Source: a virus
Taxonomy: Duplodnaviria; Caudoviricetes
Strand: one strand, 5' to 3'
IMG/VR virus record: IMGVR_UViG_3300028804_000001
Coordinates: 161,629 to 225,628 of that record
DNA: 64,000 nucleotides
Part shown: positions 51,800 through 60,629 of the stretch, piece by piece
How the letters are laid out: each line of letters begins with the position of its first letter
Numbering within the stretch: the stretch's first letter is position 1
Program-made: the position numbers and the translations under genes
Notes under the pieces: model-generated
Seen by the model: only the letters and a program-made list of their open reading frames with translations
Database searches by the model: none
Told to the model about the DNA's origin: nothing

Positions 51800-53385
51800 T
51801 AGATTCTCCAGTTTCCAGATATGGATGTTACTAAAGATCTTTGCCCATTCTTATATACCAGGCAGCTAGTATGCAGCCATGAACTAGGATGACCTTTCAT
51901 ATAATCACGATCCATGATAGATGTAGTCCCCACTACCCAGGTCTCTCTAAATATCTGGGGAGTATGCGCATGACCAACAACTGCTCTACCAAAAGCTAGT
52001 TCTGTAGAATGAACAGAACCTCTAGCACCATTCATTCCTTTATCGCCATGCCGACCAAGCTGAATTCCGGCTACTTTAAAGTCCTCATCTCTCTTCAACC
52101 AGCGCACATTCTCTATTCCATGCTTAACTCGGAGATATTCTTCCAGGGGATTTTTAAATGTGAAAGACTCTTTAGCTAGATCTAATGATAACATTAGATT
52201 GGCAGGATCCTTTATAAATCTCCCTTCAGTTAGATATCTGTCTAGATGTTCATCATGGTTACTTCTAACTACCACCAGGTTAAGTTTTGGGAACTTCTTT
52301 TGCCATCTTCTAATCTCTTGGCTAACAGTGGCTAGCTCTCTTTCGAGAGTAGAAACATGTTCCGGCAAGTTTACCTTAACCTTTAAGTCATTTTCATGGT
52401 GGTGTGAAATAGAATATCCATCAAAAAGATCATGAAGAAGAAGATGTTTGGGATTACAAAGTTCGGTTACTTCCAGCCATGCTTTTACAGCACTCTCATC
52501 ATGAAAGCCGGCATGATAGTCCCCTAAAACAAAGGCCTCTACTTCTGCATCTTCTACCTTATCTCCTTGGTAATACTTATTAAGATATGAGAAACCGCCC
52601 TTATCATCAGCCTGAACCTGCCTGATATGAAAGATCTCATCATCCTGGATCTCTACAATGAGACCACCCTGAATATGATCCTGTCTACCAAGGACTCCAA
52701 TGCGGGTATATGTATATGTATCAGGTATATTTATACATCCGGTAGAATGTATAATATGGGGCAGCTTTCTATTAGAGATAGGAACAACTCTCATCTGCTG
52801 CTTAGGACTTGCTACAATGATAGAGCTATTCTTCTGGCCGAGTCGTGGTAATCCCGTTAATGGAATAACATGTTGTGGCTTAAGCATTACATCAAATGCT
52901 CTAAGATTTGAGTTAAAGATGTATTCAGATACCATATGATCTGCCATCTGTTTTAACTCATCTGGATATTCCTCATCCTTCTTAAGCACTCCATACATTG
53001 GGAGTATAACAAGTTCTGCTCCAAGAAGAGCACAAAATGATTCTATAGATGCTAAGAATAGGCGGTTAATACTCTGCCCTGCGATAGCAGCAGTAACAAA
53101 ATATCTTCTCTTGGATTTCTTGGAAGAGTCATTCTTAACACCAGTTATACTATCTCTGGTAAACTTAGGATCTTGCGAGGACTTCCCAAGAATATCCTCT
53201 TTCATTATACTAAAACTTCCCCAGATTGAATCGTAAGCTTCTCCAAGCTTACTCATCTTCCGGTAAAAGTTTCTGGTTATATCTATTGGTTGTTTGTTAA
53301 ACTTCTTGGCGAAGGTCTTTGCTATTGCCGTTAGTTCTTTTGTAAATTTACTCTTAAGAATTTTTTCATCTTTTGAGGAAGCCAT
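51799..53385 (-). CDS. T5 A1-like metallophosphoesterase-fold nuclease (DNA transfer protein family)
   Basis: Calcineurin-like motifs LGDYH, HDLFDG.SISHH, SNHDEHL, HGDKG.NG.RG and GHAHTP, plus A1-family blocks RYFVTA...FLASIE, HSTG, GGLIVE...FHIRQ, DPAN and SSW..T...Y.NGQR. ATG at 53385 is preferred over TTG at 53394. Confidence 0.8.
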   Translation of the reverse strand: MASSKDEKILKSKFTKELTAIAKTFAKKFNKQPIDITRNFYRKMSKLGEAYDSIWGSFSIMKEDILGKSSQDPKFTRDSITGVKNDSSKKSKRRYFVTAAIAGQSINRLFLASIESFCALLGAELVILPMYGVLKKDEEYPDELKQMADHMVSEYIFNSNLRAFDVMLKPQHVIPLTGLPRLGQKNSSIIVASPKQQMRVVPISNRKLPHIIHSTGCINIPDTYTYTRIGVLGRQDHIQGGLIVEIQDDEIFHIRQVQADDKGGFSYLNKYYQGDKVEDAEVEAFVLGDYHAGFHDESAVKAWLEVTELCNPKHLLLHDLFDGYSISHHHENDLKVKVNLPEHVSTLERELATVSQEIRRWQKKFPKLNLVVVRSNHDEHLDRYLTEGRFIKDPANLMLSLDLAKESFTFKNPLEEYLRVKHGIENVRWLKRDEDFKVAGIQLGRHGDKGMNGARGSVHSTELAFGRAVVGHAHTPQIFRETWVVGTTSIMDRDYMKGHPSSWLHTSCLVYKNGQRSLVTSISGNWRI

Positions 53386-53437
53386 ATTGTACAATTAGCT
53401 TCAGCTTAGAAGATTATTTCGTACTTAAAGAAGTAAC

Positions 53438-53475
53438 AAAAAAAGCCGGATAACGGTAAACGTACCCGGCTTTTT
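53438..53475. terminator. Intrinsic terminator after the tail tube gene, potentially bidirectional
   Basis: AAAAAAAGCCGG-ataacggtaaacgtac-CCGGCTTTTT. Confidence 0.8.
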
Positions 53476-53497
53476 AAGATAAAAATAAGAGCTAAAG

Positions 53498-54379
53498 TTA
53501 TCTTTGGCCTGCTACTGTAGCATTGTTGCCAGTAGTAGCAGTAGTAACTGTAGCTCCAACTTGCGAAGAATCTGTAAGGCTAGTAACGCCACCATAGATA
53601 GACTCTTTCTGTACACCGTTATTAAGGGAATACCATGGCAATCTATAGATTGCAATGTAAGTCATCTGCTGTTCGTTAGTGATATCATCCATGGAGATAC
53701 CACCACCTTCGTTAATTACCTCGACACCAATAACGCCGGCTGCAGAAGCATGACCGTATTCATTCTGAGCAATGAGAGTAATATCGAATGGCATAACCTG
53801 GTCAGCATACTGAGCAGATCTCTTAACCGTTCTTGCACCAACGAAACCACCATTAGACTGTTGGCCAGCCTGAAGTGCGAGAGGATTGGCACCCTGATTA
53901 ACAACCGCAGGAGCAGGATTTTGAACTGCACCCGTAAGTGGATCCAGGTTACCCTGATCAACAGAGAACTGGTTTCCTGTTCTTCCCTGGCCTGCAAGTT
54001 GTCCACCCTGTGGGATGTTTGCATTGGCACCAGCAAAGTTCTGGAAGTATAACCCAATTGCCATCGAGGCATTGATTGGGTTAGTAAGCCAGTTGATCTC
54101 ATCAGCATGCGCAAAGTATTTATGATCTTCGGATAAGAAGAGGCCGTAGAAGGCATCTCTATCGAAGAGCGTAAACATCATTGAGCCGGCAGTCCCACGT
54201 TTACCGCGGGAGATCGACCTAGGGTTTGCAGAGCCAAAGGTGTAAACAGGAGCTTTCTCTCTGGTTACAGAAATGGCAATCCCCGTCATCGTCGCAAGCG
54301 AGATGTTATCAAAGATCGCAGTGATATCTACACCAGAGTAAGTGGTGTAGGTTTTAGTAAAAATCGAACCGAGAGCCAT
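53498..54379 (-). CDS. Tail tube protein
   Basis: Follows the sheath gene. YSGVDI...VTREKAPVYTFGSANPRSISRGKRGTAGS...FDRDA and YADQVMPFDIT...NEYG...GVEVINEG match large-myovirus tube proteins. SD GGAGG. Confidence 0.85.
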   Translation of the reverse strand: MALGSIFTKTYTTYSGVDITAIFDNISLATMTGIAISVTREKAPVYTFGSANPRSISRGKRGTAGSMMFTLFDRDAFYGLFLSEDHKYFAHADEINWLTNPINASMAIGLYFQNFAGANANIPQGGQLAGQGRTGNQFSVDQGNLDPLTGAVQNPAPAVVNQGANPLALQAGQQSNGGFVGARTVKRSAQYADQVMPFDITLIAQNEYGHASAAGVIGVEVINEGGGISMDDITNEQQMTYIAIYRLPWYSLNNGVQKESIYGGVTSLTDSSQVGATVTTATTGNNATVAGQR

Positions 54380-54399
54380 CTTATTCTACCCTCCTATCC

Positions 54400-56904
54400 T
54401 TAAACCAGGCTCACTCTGGTTTCAACATCCACTCTCCGGATTTCACGGCTAGTGATCATCGAAAGACCGAGTTTTGTACGACCAGTGATAGAACCTTCCG
54501 GCACATCAAGGACCGTGATTTGAATGTTCTGGAATACTCGTGGAACGAGATACTGAACATTCTTCTGACACTTATTGCGCATTGCCAGGATGTTCTCCTG
54601 AGTTCTCGGGAGACCGATGAACCTTTCTGCCGTTACACGTACGATGTTAATCGCAGCATACACAGCATCCAATACAAACTGACGATCGTAGCTGGATCCT
54701 GTTTGAGCAAGCGTAGGTGCATCTGCAATGATCTTATTACCTGCACTGTCAACGGTCATGAAGGTATATTTCATACCATTCATGTTGCCGATAATTTCAG
54801 CATTCAAGATCTTTACACCAAGATCCAGAACCGTTGGAGGCAGGAGTGCATTAGTATGAGACAGTTCGATCGGAAGATCTTGTCTCATGCCAGTGTAGAT
54901 AGATGCTGGGTAACCAACATATTGTCTACCACCGAGAACCTGGCTGATTGCAGTAATAGGAGCTCCTGCAGGAACCATGAGTCTAAAAGAATCTGGTCCT
55001 TGCGCAGCAAGCATCATATTAGCAGCTCTACCAATATCAGAGTTATCTGAATTAATAGCTCTATCGAACCATTTATTGATTCCATCTGGAGTCAGATCCG
55101 TAGGAGGACGAATGGACACTGCCATCGTGCACTCTTTGGTCAGATAAGATCTACGAGCTAATTTAGGAATCAGCATAGAAGCCCAGTCAACCGGGATAAC
55201 CGCGGGGAGACCGGTCTCATCATCATAACCATCTACAGTATCATCGAGGTATACACCTGCTCCAAGAACCTGCTTAAAAGGATACAGTTCGATAAGATCG
55301 AGCGCATCTTCGATAAGCTGCTTATAGCGAAGGCGGCCTACTCTACGACCATCATCTCCACCGGAGAATCCAGATCTCTGAACTACCTGACCGCTTGTAG
55401 GCAGATCGAGGATAGCACCAGATGCTGCAGGAAGTTCTGGGAGATACGTATACGTAGCTAGAACCGTGGATCCTACATCAGGTCTTGTAAGAGGATTGAT
55501 AAAGTAAACAATGATGTTATTTGCATCAGTAAGATTAAGATCCGAAGGTGCAAAAACTTTTCTGGTTGGGTAGATTACATCTACTGCCAGGCTCAAGGAA
55601 GCACCGAAGATAATCTCGTTACCTTTAACGAAGTAGCTAAACTCGTTACCAGTTTCCAATTGGCTTCTAAGATTTGCTTCAGAGAAGAAAGCTTTGAAGT
55701 TATAGGAAGCTAGGTATACATCGCCTAAGGAGAAGGAAGCATTGCCCCAGTTCTCGAGCTCGAGGAAGATCTGGCCATTGCCATCTACATAGTATACTGG
55801 CTGAGAGTTATAGATCTTTGGAACAATGTTGCGCACACCGTTCGGCTTAAGTTGGATCAGAGTAAAGTTGCCATAGTTGGCATTACCACTATCTGTTTCC
55901 CAAACGTAGCTAAGATCACCATCCCACTTAGAGTTTGCACGACCAAGGAAGAGGGTCTTGTTGGCAGTTTGAGAGTTAACCAGAGTAGCATCAACAGTCA
56001 GAACAACTTCATCTTTCAGCTTACGCACAAACGTAGTGATAGTTGCAGTTACATCCAGGGAGTCTTTCTTAGGAACATTCTTCAGGAAGTAAGAAGTTAC
56101 ACCAAAAGGAACGCTGTCGGTTGCATCAGATTGTTCGATTGCAATCTCTTCCAGTGTTTCAAGCTTATCACCATAGGTGTCAGTTCCACCATCGATTTCG
56201 ATGTATCTACCACCAGAGCTGTCTGCCTGTACAGTTACTTCAAGATCAGTTTTTCTCAGAAGAACGTATCTAGTGATGTACCACTTATTCCAATCTGGAT
56301 CAGCATTAAGAGCATTAGCAATGTCTCTTACATTGTAGAGAGCACCCGGCTGCTTTCCAAAAGGATCAAGAGCAAAAGCTCTACGGATCTGATCGGGGGT
56401 CGTGAATGTAATAGCTTTAGGAATTCCACCATCAGATACTACTTCGAGAGTTCCATTGTTTGCTTCTGCACCTTCGATAAGTGCCTCAGAAACAAGAGAG
56501 AATGCAAGTGCATTGTTAGTAATATCTTTAGTGTAAGCAAGGTCACCGGAACCAAAAGTTCCATAACCAGTTCCACCTACACCTTGCGACTCATAAAGAT
56601 TAAGAGTAGCTTTCTTAGCATCGCCAATTCTCATCAGGAATGCATCTGCACCATTTGCAGTAGCTCTACTCATCTCATAGAACGTACGAGGAAGGTTCGT
56701 ATCAAACGAAGGATCATTCGGAACATCACCGAATGTGTCCTTTACTTGATCATCATTATCTGCAGCAATAAGCTGGCGCAGAGGTCCCTTCGTAGAGGTT
56801 CCAAAAATAATAGTTGCATCGGCAGTAATCGGTCTTTTGAAAACCTGATTGATTTGATCGATCAGAATCGATCGCGTGCCGTTAAAATCATCAATACCGG
56901 CCAT
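54400..56904 (-). CDS. Contractile tail sheath protein (834 aa)
   Basis: N-terminal IIFGTSTKGP, FSGGDDG hinge, and C-terminal DAPTLA...FIG.P......AM...EIRRVDV sheath domain; directly precedes the tube gene. Confidence 0.9.
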   Translation of the reverse strand: MAGIDDFNGTRSILIDQINQVFKRPITADATIIFGTSTKGPLRQLIAADNDDQVKDTFGDVPNDPSFDTNLPRTFYEMSRATANGADAFLMRIGDAKKATLNLYESQGVGGTGYGTFGSGDLAYTKDITNNALAFSLVSEALIEGAEANNGTLEVVSDGGIPKAITFTTPDQIRRAFALDPFGKQPGALYNVRDIANALNADPDWNKWYITRYVLLRKTDLEVTVQADSSGGRYIEIDGGTDTYGDKLETLEEIAIEQSDATDSVPFGVTSYFLKNVPKKDSLDVTATITTFVRKLKDEVVLTVDATLVNSQTANKTLFLGRANSKWDGDLSYVWETDSGNANYGNFTLIQLKPNGVRNIVPKIYNSQPVYYVDGNGQIFLELENWGNASFSLGDVYLASYNFKAFFSEANLRSQLETGNEFSYFVKGNEIIFGASLSLAVDVIYPTRKVFAPSDLNLTDANNIIVYFINPLTRPDVGSTVLATYTYLPELPAASGAILDLPTSGQVVQRSGFSGGDDGRRVGRLRYKQLIEDALDLIELYPFKQVLGAGVYLDDTVDGYDDETGLPAVIPVDWASMLIPKLARRSYLTKECTMAVSIRPPTDLTPDGINKWFDRAINSDNSDIGRAANMMLAAQGPDSFRLMVPAGAPITAISQVLGGRQYVGYPASIYTGMRQDLPIELSHTNALLPPTVLDLGVKILNAEIIGNMNGMKYTFMTVDSAGNKIIADAPTLAQTGSSYDRQFVLDAVYAAINIVRVTAERFIGLPRTQENILAMRNKCQKNVQYLVPRVFQNIQITVLDVPEGSITGRTKLGLSMITSREIRRVDVETRVSLV

Positions 56905-56991
56905 AGCCTACCTCTCTATGAATTAAACTGATAACAGACAAGTTAACTGAATCATAGGTCAGCAGTCTGGTCTGTACTGTCTTTAGTCTCA

Positions 56992-57777
56992 TTATAATGG
57001 ATAGTCCACCTGGAAATCATTCCAATCGTATGCAAGCTGCCCAATCTCAACTTCACTCTTTCTGAAATAGAATTCCTCATGTCTAAAATAAACGGATAGA
57101 ATCCTTCTATGGAGCTCAGTATCGGGGTCTACTACATCACCTCTAGGGGATCCAAGTGGGATAAATCTCTGTAAACCAAAGCTATAAAAAAGTTTAGCGT
57201 TGGTATATAAAATGTACTCAAAGCACTTATAGAGGAAATCTGAGGTAAGAGCATCCTTACCGTTACAGCTAAACTCTACCAGATATTCCCATGTTTTAGC
57301 TAGAACATCGGTATAAGTATAAAGGCCATTATCGCCCATTTGAGCAATTTGAAAGCGCCTACGGGGTTTTAGCTCTTTAGTTCCACTGAACATTTTACGA
57401 TCGAAGCCGGCATTCTCAGTTCTGACTATTCTATAGCGTATGCTTTCCTTAGTCTTAGCTACGGGATCATCAGTTGTTATAGAACTGACTTCAGATCCTA
57501 CATTAGTTTGAGGAAAGGCCGGCCCTAAATCTGGTATCTCTCTTAGAACGGGGTTATCTTTAAGCTGCGGAATCCATGAAGCTTTAAATTCCATGGGTAT
57601 AATAGTCAGCCAGTTCTTCTCGATCATTAACATGATCTCAGGAAGAACTAATTCAAATGCCCGCCCCAATCCAAGGCGCCCACCTGTTACCTTTTGGAGT
57701 CTTTCTAAAGTCTCTTGTGGAGTTTCGTTGGGATCCTCTACAAAGATGACTGGGACTCTATCTACTACACCTGCCAT
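56992..57777 (-). CDS. Probable tail terminator / neck protein
   Basis: Directly upstream of the sheath; IRYRIVR...ELKPRRR...YLVEFSC...LHRRILSVYFRHEE pattern. Confidence 0.55.
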   Translation of the reverse strand: MAGVVDRVPVIFVEDPNETPQETLERLQKVTGGRLGLGRAFELVLPEIMLMIEKNWLTIIPMEFKASWIPQLKDNPVLREIPDLGPAFPQTNVGSEVSSITTDDPVAKTKESIRYRIVRTENAGFDRKMFSGTKELKPRRRFQIAQMGDNGLYTYTDVLAKTWEYLVEFSCNGKDALTSDFLYKCFEYILYTNAKLFYSFGLQRFIPLGSPRGDVVDPDTELHRRILSVYFRHEEFYFRKSEVEIGQLAYDWNDFQVDYPL

Positions 57778-57780
57778 CTA

Positions 57781-58293
57781 TTAACCATCCAGATCTACGT
57801 GTAATATCCAGCCTTCAGATCTTCCGAAGTCACCTCTTGATTTACCAACTGAGAGAACCTTATAAGCATAATCTCCTATAAGTCTAATAGGTTGCTTAGG
57901 TGGTGATTTAGAATCCCCTCCCAATACCTCAAATATCCTATCTCCAATCTGTGGTCTAGCCAATGGGTGTCTCGTCTTTGCCTGAGAATAATCCCATTTG
58001 ATCATAGCTAAGAAGCCACCTTTTGGAACTATACCCATTTCATTGGTAGCCCATATGGCTGATAGTCCAAACTCTCCACCAATAGGTTGGATAATTCCAC
58101 GAACCATATACTGAACATACTTAAACTTCTCACCACCAACAGCTTCATCTCGAGTGGGAGACCACTGTTTGGTAAGTTCTCCTTTAAGCATGCGTCTATA
58201 AACAAGCCACTGACCTTCACCAAGCTTGGCAAAGTCTCCATCAAGATAAGCGCGAACATTCTCGCGCATGTCAGGCCAACCCCATCTAGGCAT
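57781..58293 (-). CDS. Probable head-closure (stopper) protein
   Basis: 170 aa, beta-rich, ...PQIGDRIFEV...SRGDFGRSE; position within the neck module. Confidence 0.55.
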   Translation of the reverse strand: MPRWGWPDMRENVRAYLDGDFAKLGEGQWLVYRRMLKGELTKQWSPTRDEAVGGEKFKYVQYMVRGIIQPIGGEFGLSAIWATNEMGIVPKGGFLAMIKWDYSQAKTRHPLARPQIGDRIFEVLGGDSKSPPKQPIRLIGDYAYKVLSVGKSRGDFGRSEGWILHVDLDG

Positions 58294-59744
58294 TATCTAT
58301 TCCACCATTGATCTATAATACTTCCCTCGAGACCATCTCTTGGGACGTTTGTATCTGTATCGATAGGATTTAGTTCTGTAAAAGAACGAAGCATATTGCC
58401 ACGTTTTCTTCCAGGGTAGTAAGCACTGTTCTTACTCTTAACACCAATTACTGCAGCCACATTAGACATGAGTATACCAAGAGCGTTAAGAGCATCAGTC
58501 ATACAGTTCTCAAGTTCTCCCCGATCTCCTGGCATAGTCCTATCTTTATTCGTGTAGGATACCGATTGTCCAAGAACAGTTCTCTGAGTTACATACTGAA
58601 CAAATGCGAGTGGCCCGGTTAATAGTTCATATGCTGCTCTACATGTAACATATCTTACAACCCAATAGATATTGGGATCATTATATGAAGGAGTGTATCC
58701 AAGTCTATTAACCAACTCATATGAGATCCAATGAATCTTCTTGAAGAGATCATAGTCCCGTACATACCCAATATCCTCTGGATTAAAAGAGGAGCTCATG
58801 ATAGCCTTTACCATATCTGGTGTAGAGAATAGAGGAGCTAATGGTCCAGCAAACTTTACAATGATGTTTGCATTGCGAACTCCACCATCATCCAGTTTAG
58901 ATAATGCAGCACCCGGTATCCTTATCTGATATTCATAATTTAGAGTAAGTGGATTATTTGAAGTATCGTATCCAGATTCAGATGTTACTGCAAAGGAAAG
59001 TTTATTACCAACAATCTGAACAGAACCATGCGGAACTGGTGTATTGCCGAGGAAATTAACAGTATCGAATGGAAGCTTGGCCTTGGTTATCTTAATCTCA
59101 TCAGCATATCTGCTTCTTATATCTTCATTCCAGTAAGAAACAAACTGGTAGAAATCTATATTCCCAATAGTAAATTCTTCTGGGTTTGAATGTTCGATAA
59201 AGATTTGGCCGATCTGGCTACCATCTTCGTAATAGAACTCTGCAATCCCAGATTCACTACCTACCAGGTTATTCACATCCTGGAAGTTTACTACGGATCC
59301 CGGAGGCGTAGGAATAGGAACTGGCTCCTGCGCAACAGGAGGAAAGGTTACAACCGAATCAGTAATGTTTATACTGATTTGATTATCTGCAAAATAGGTA
59401 GTAGTAAAACTAATAACCTGATTGCCGGTTAAAGTTTCATTAGCAATGTTCTTAATGCCGTTGGTTCCACCAACAATAATGAGAGTATACTTAGTATTAG
59501 GTTCTAACTTAGCCATGGGCAGAAGGTAGATGGCCAGGTTATTATCTACAGTTCTACCCGCGATTACTCCATACTTAACAAAGCCGGCTTCTTTATAGAG
59601 CTGGAAATAGGTTCCTACAGCAGTAGGGCTAAAATAAGCACTCTGAACCTCGCTATTGAAAACGAGCTTTATATATGCATTAAGAGGAACAGCTGTATTG
59701 CCACTATTGGGGGTTGAGGAAGCGGCATTAAATGTAAGTGCCAT
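58293..59744 (-). CDS. Ig-like (Big_5-type) domain protein fused to a probable head-tail adaptor
   Basis: STPNSGNTAVPLNAYIKLVFN...LEPNTKYTLII..GIKNIA..L......SFTT is an Ig-like signature; helical C-terminal PLFSTPD...YVTCRAAYELL...LGQSVSY. Confidence 0.65.
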   Translation of the reverse strand: MALTFNAASSTPNSGNTAVPLNAYIKLVFNSEVQSAYFSPTAVGTYFQLYKEAGFVKYGVIAGRTVDNNLAIYLLPMAKLEPNTKYTLIIVGGTNGIKNIANETLTGNQVISFTTTYFADNQISINITDSVVTFPPVAQEPVPIPTPPGSVVNFQDVNNLVGSESGIAEFYYEDGSQIGQIFIEHSNPEEFTIGNIDFYQFVSYWNEDIRSRYADEIKITKAKLPFDTVNFLGNTPVPHGSVQIVGNKLSFAVTSESGYDTSNNPLTLNYEYQIRIPGAALSKLDDGGVRNANIIVKFAGPLAPLFSTPDMVKAIMSSSFNPEDIGYVRDYDLFKKIHWISYELVNRLGYTPSYNDPNIYWVVRYVTCRAAYELLTGPLAFVQYVTQRTVLGQSVSYTNKDRTMPGDRGELENCMTDALNALGILMSNVAAVIGVKSKNSAYYPGRKRGNMLRSFTELNPIDTDTNVPRDGLEGSIIDQWWNR

Positions 59745-59788
59745 TAAGAGACAGAGTATCTCGTAATGGCACCTTTAGTACCCTTTAG

Positions 59789-60505
59789 TTAACCGCCGCC
59801 TTCTGCAGCAATCCGCTTATTCAGCAGCTTGATTACATCTGGACGTTTGCGGTCGTTATCTTCCATGACCTTAAGCTGACGAAGTTCTGGCACTTTAAAT
59901 CTAACTACCATCTCTTCAAACTGTTCAAAGGGGCTATCAAGGATTAACCTGAGCATCTTATCCTGAGCTGAAAGCTGACGATCGTAATCTTGATCAGCTA
60001 CAGGAGGAGCTCCTGAATCACCCTTGGGAGCCTCATCGATGATCTCGAGGATCCCAGCATTCACAGCATTGTTTAGATCCTTAAGCTGTGTCTTACTAAG
60101 AGCAGGGAACTTTGTTCCACCAATCTTAATTCCCGTTTTGGTAACTTCCATGAACGTATGCTTTTCAAGGCGGTTCAAAGATACCTTCTGATCTTGAGTA
60201 GCCCATACTACATGATGATCAGCAAGCTTAACAATATAAGCTTCACGAGGCTTAGAAGCATCTTGCGCAGTTCCCAAAGTCTTAATCATGTTCTCTTGCA
60301 TCTTCTTAATATCATCCTGAGGGATGCTAATTCTACCGAGGGATACCCCTCTAAGCAGCATCTCCATAGATACATTATCAGATGTTGCAATATCAATGTC
60401 TTTCTCAATAACAGTCTCTTCTCCAAGAGAAGACAGGCTTACAAGACCTGGGATCTCAAACGTAGGATGGATCTCTGCATTGAGTTTAACGTGTACTTTT
60501 GGCAT
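59789..60505 (-). CDS. Hypothetical protein after the capsid gene (238 aa)
   Basis: Intact ORF with an internal VKL...VSL duplication and a short C-terminal helical motif ELRQLKVME...KRPDVIKLLNKRI. Confidence 0.55.
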   Translation of the reverse strand: MPKVHVKLNAEIHPTFEIPGLVSLSSLGEETVIEKDIDIATSDNVSMEMLLRGVSLGRISIPQDDIKKMQENMIKTLGTAQDASKPREAYIVKLADHHVVWATQDQKVSLNRLEKHTFMEVTKTGIKIGGTKFPALSKTQLKDLNNAVNAGILEIIDEAPKGDSGAPPVADQDYDRQLSAQDKMLRLILDSPFEQFEEMVVRFKVPELRQLKVMEDNDRKRPDVIKLLNKRIAAEGGG

Positions 60506-60510
60506 GGCAC

Positions 60511-60539
60511 ATTAAAACATATTAGTATTTCTATGTCAA
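60511..60539 (-). promoter_or_regulatory. Sigma70-type promoter, probably giving a leaderless mRNA
   Basis: TTGACA (60539-60534), 17 nt, then TG-extended TTTAAT (60516-60511); only 5 nt before the ATG at 60505 and no SD. Confidence 0.65.
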
Positions 60540-60556
60540 GCTCTAACAACGGCTAT

Positions 60557-60591
60557 AAAAAACAAGGGGCCACCATCTCTGGTGACCCCTG
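60557..60591 (-). terminator. Intrinsic terminator after the major capsid gene
   Basis: Minus strand AGGGGTCACCA-gaga-TGGTGGCCCCT-TGTTTTTT. Confidence 0.85.
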
Positions 60592-60629
60592 TGCCCTTTA
60601 CCTAAGTAATAGGGGGGATTTCAGTATCC

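Noticed and set aside
55852-56931. 359-aa plus-strand ORF antisense to the sheath gene
   Set aside because: Shadow ORF produced by the biased codon usage of a highly expressed gene; Ser/Ile/Cys-rich with no motif.
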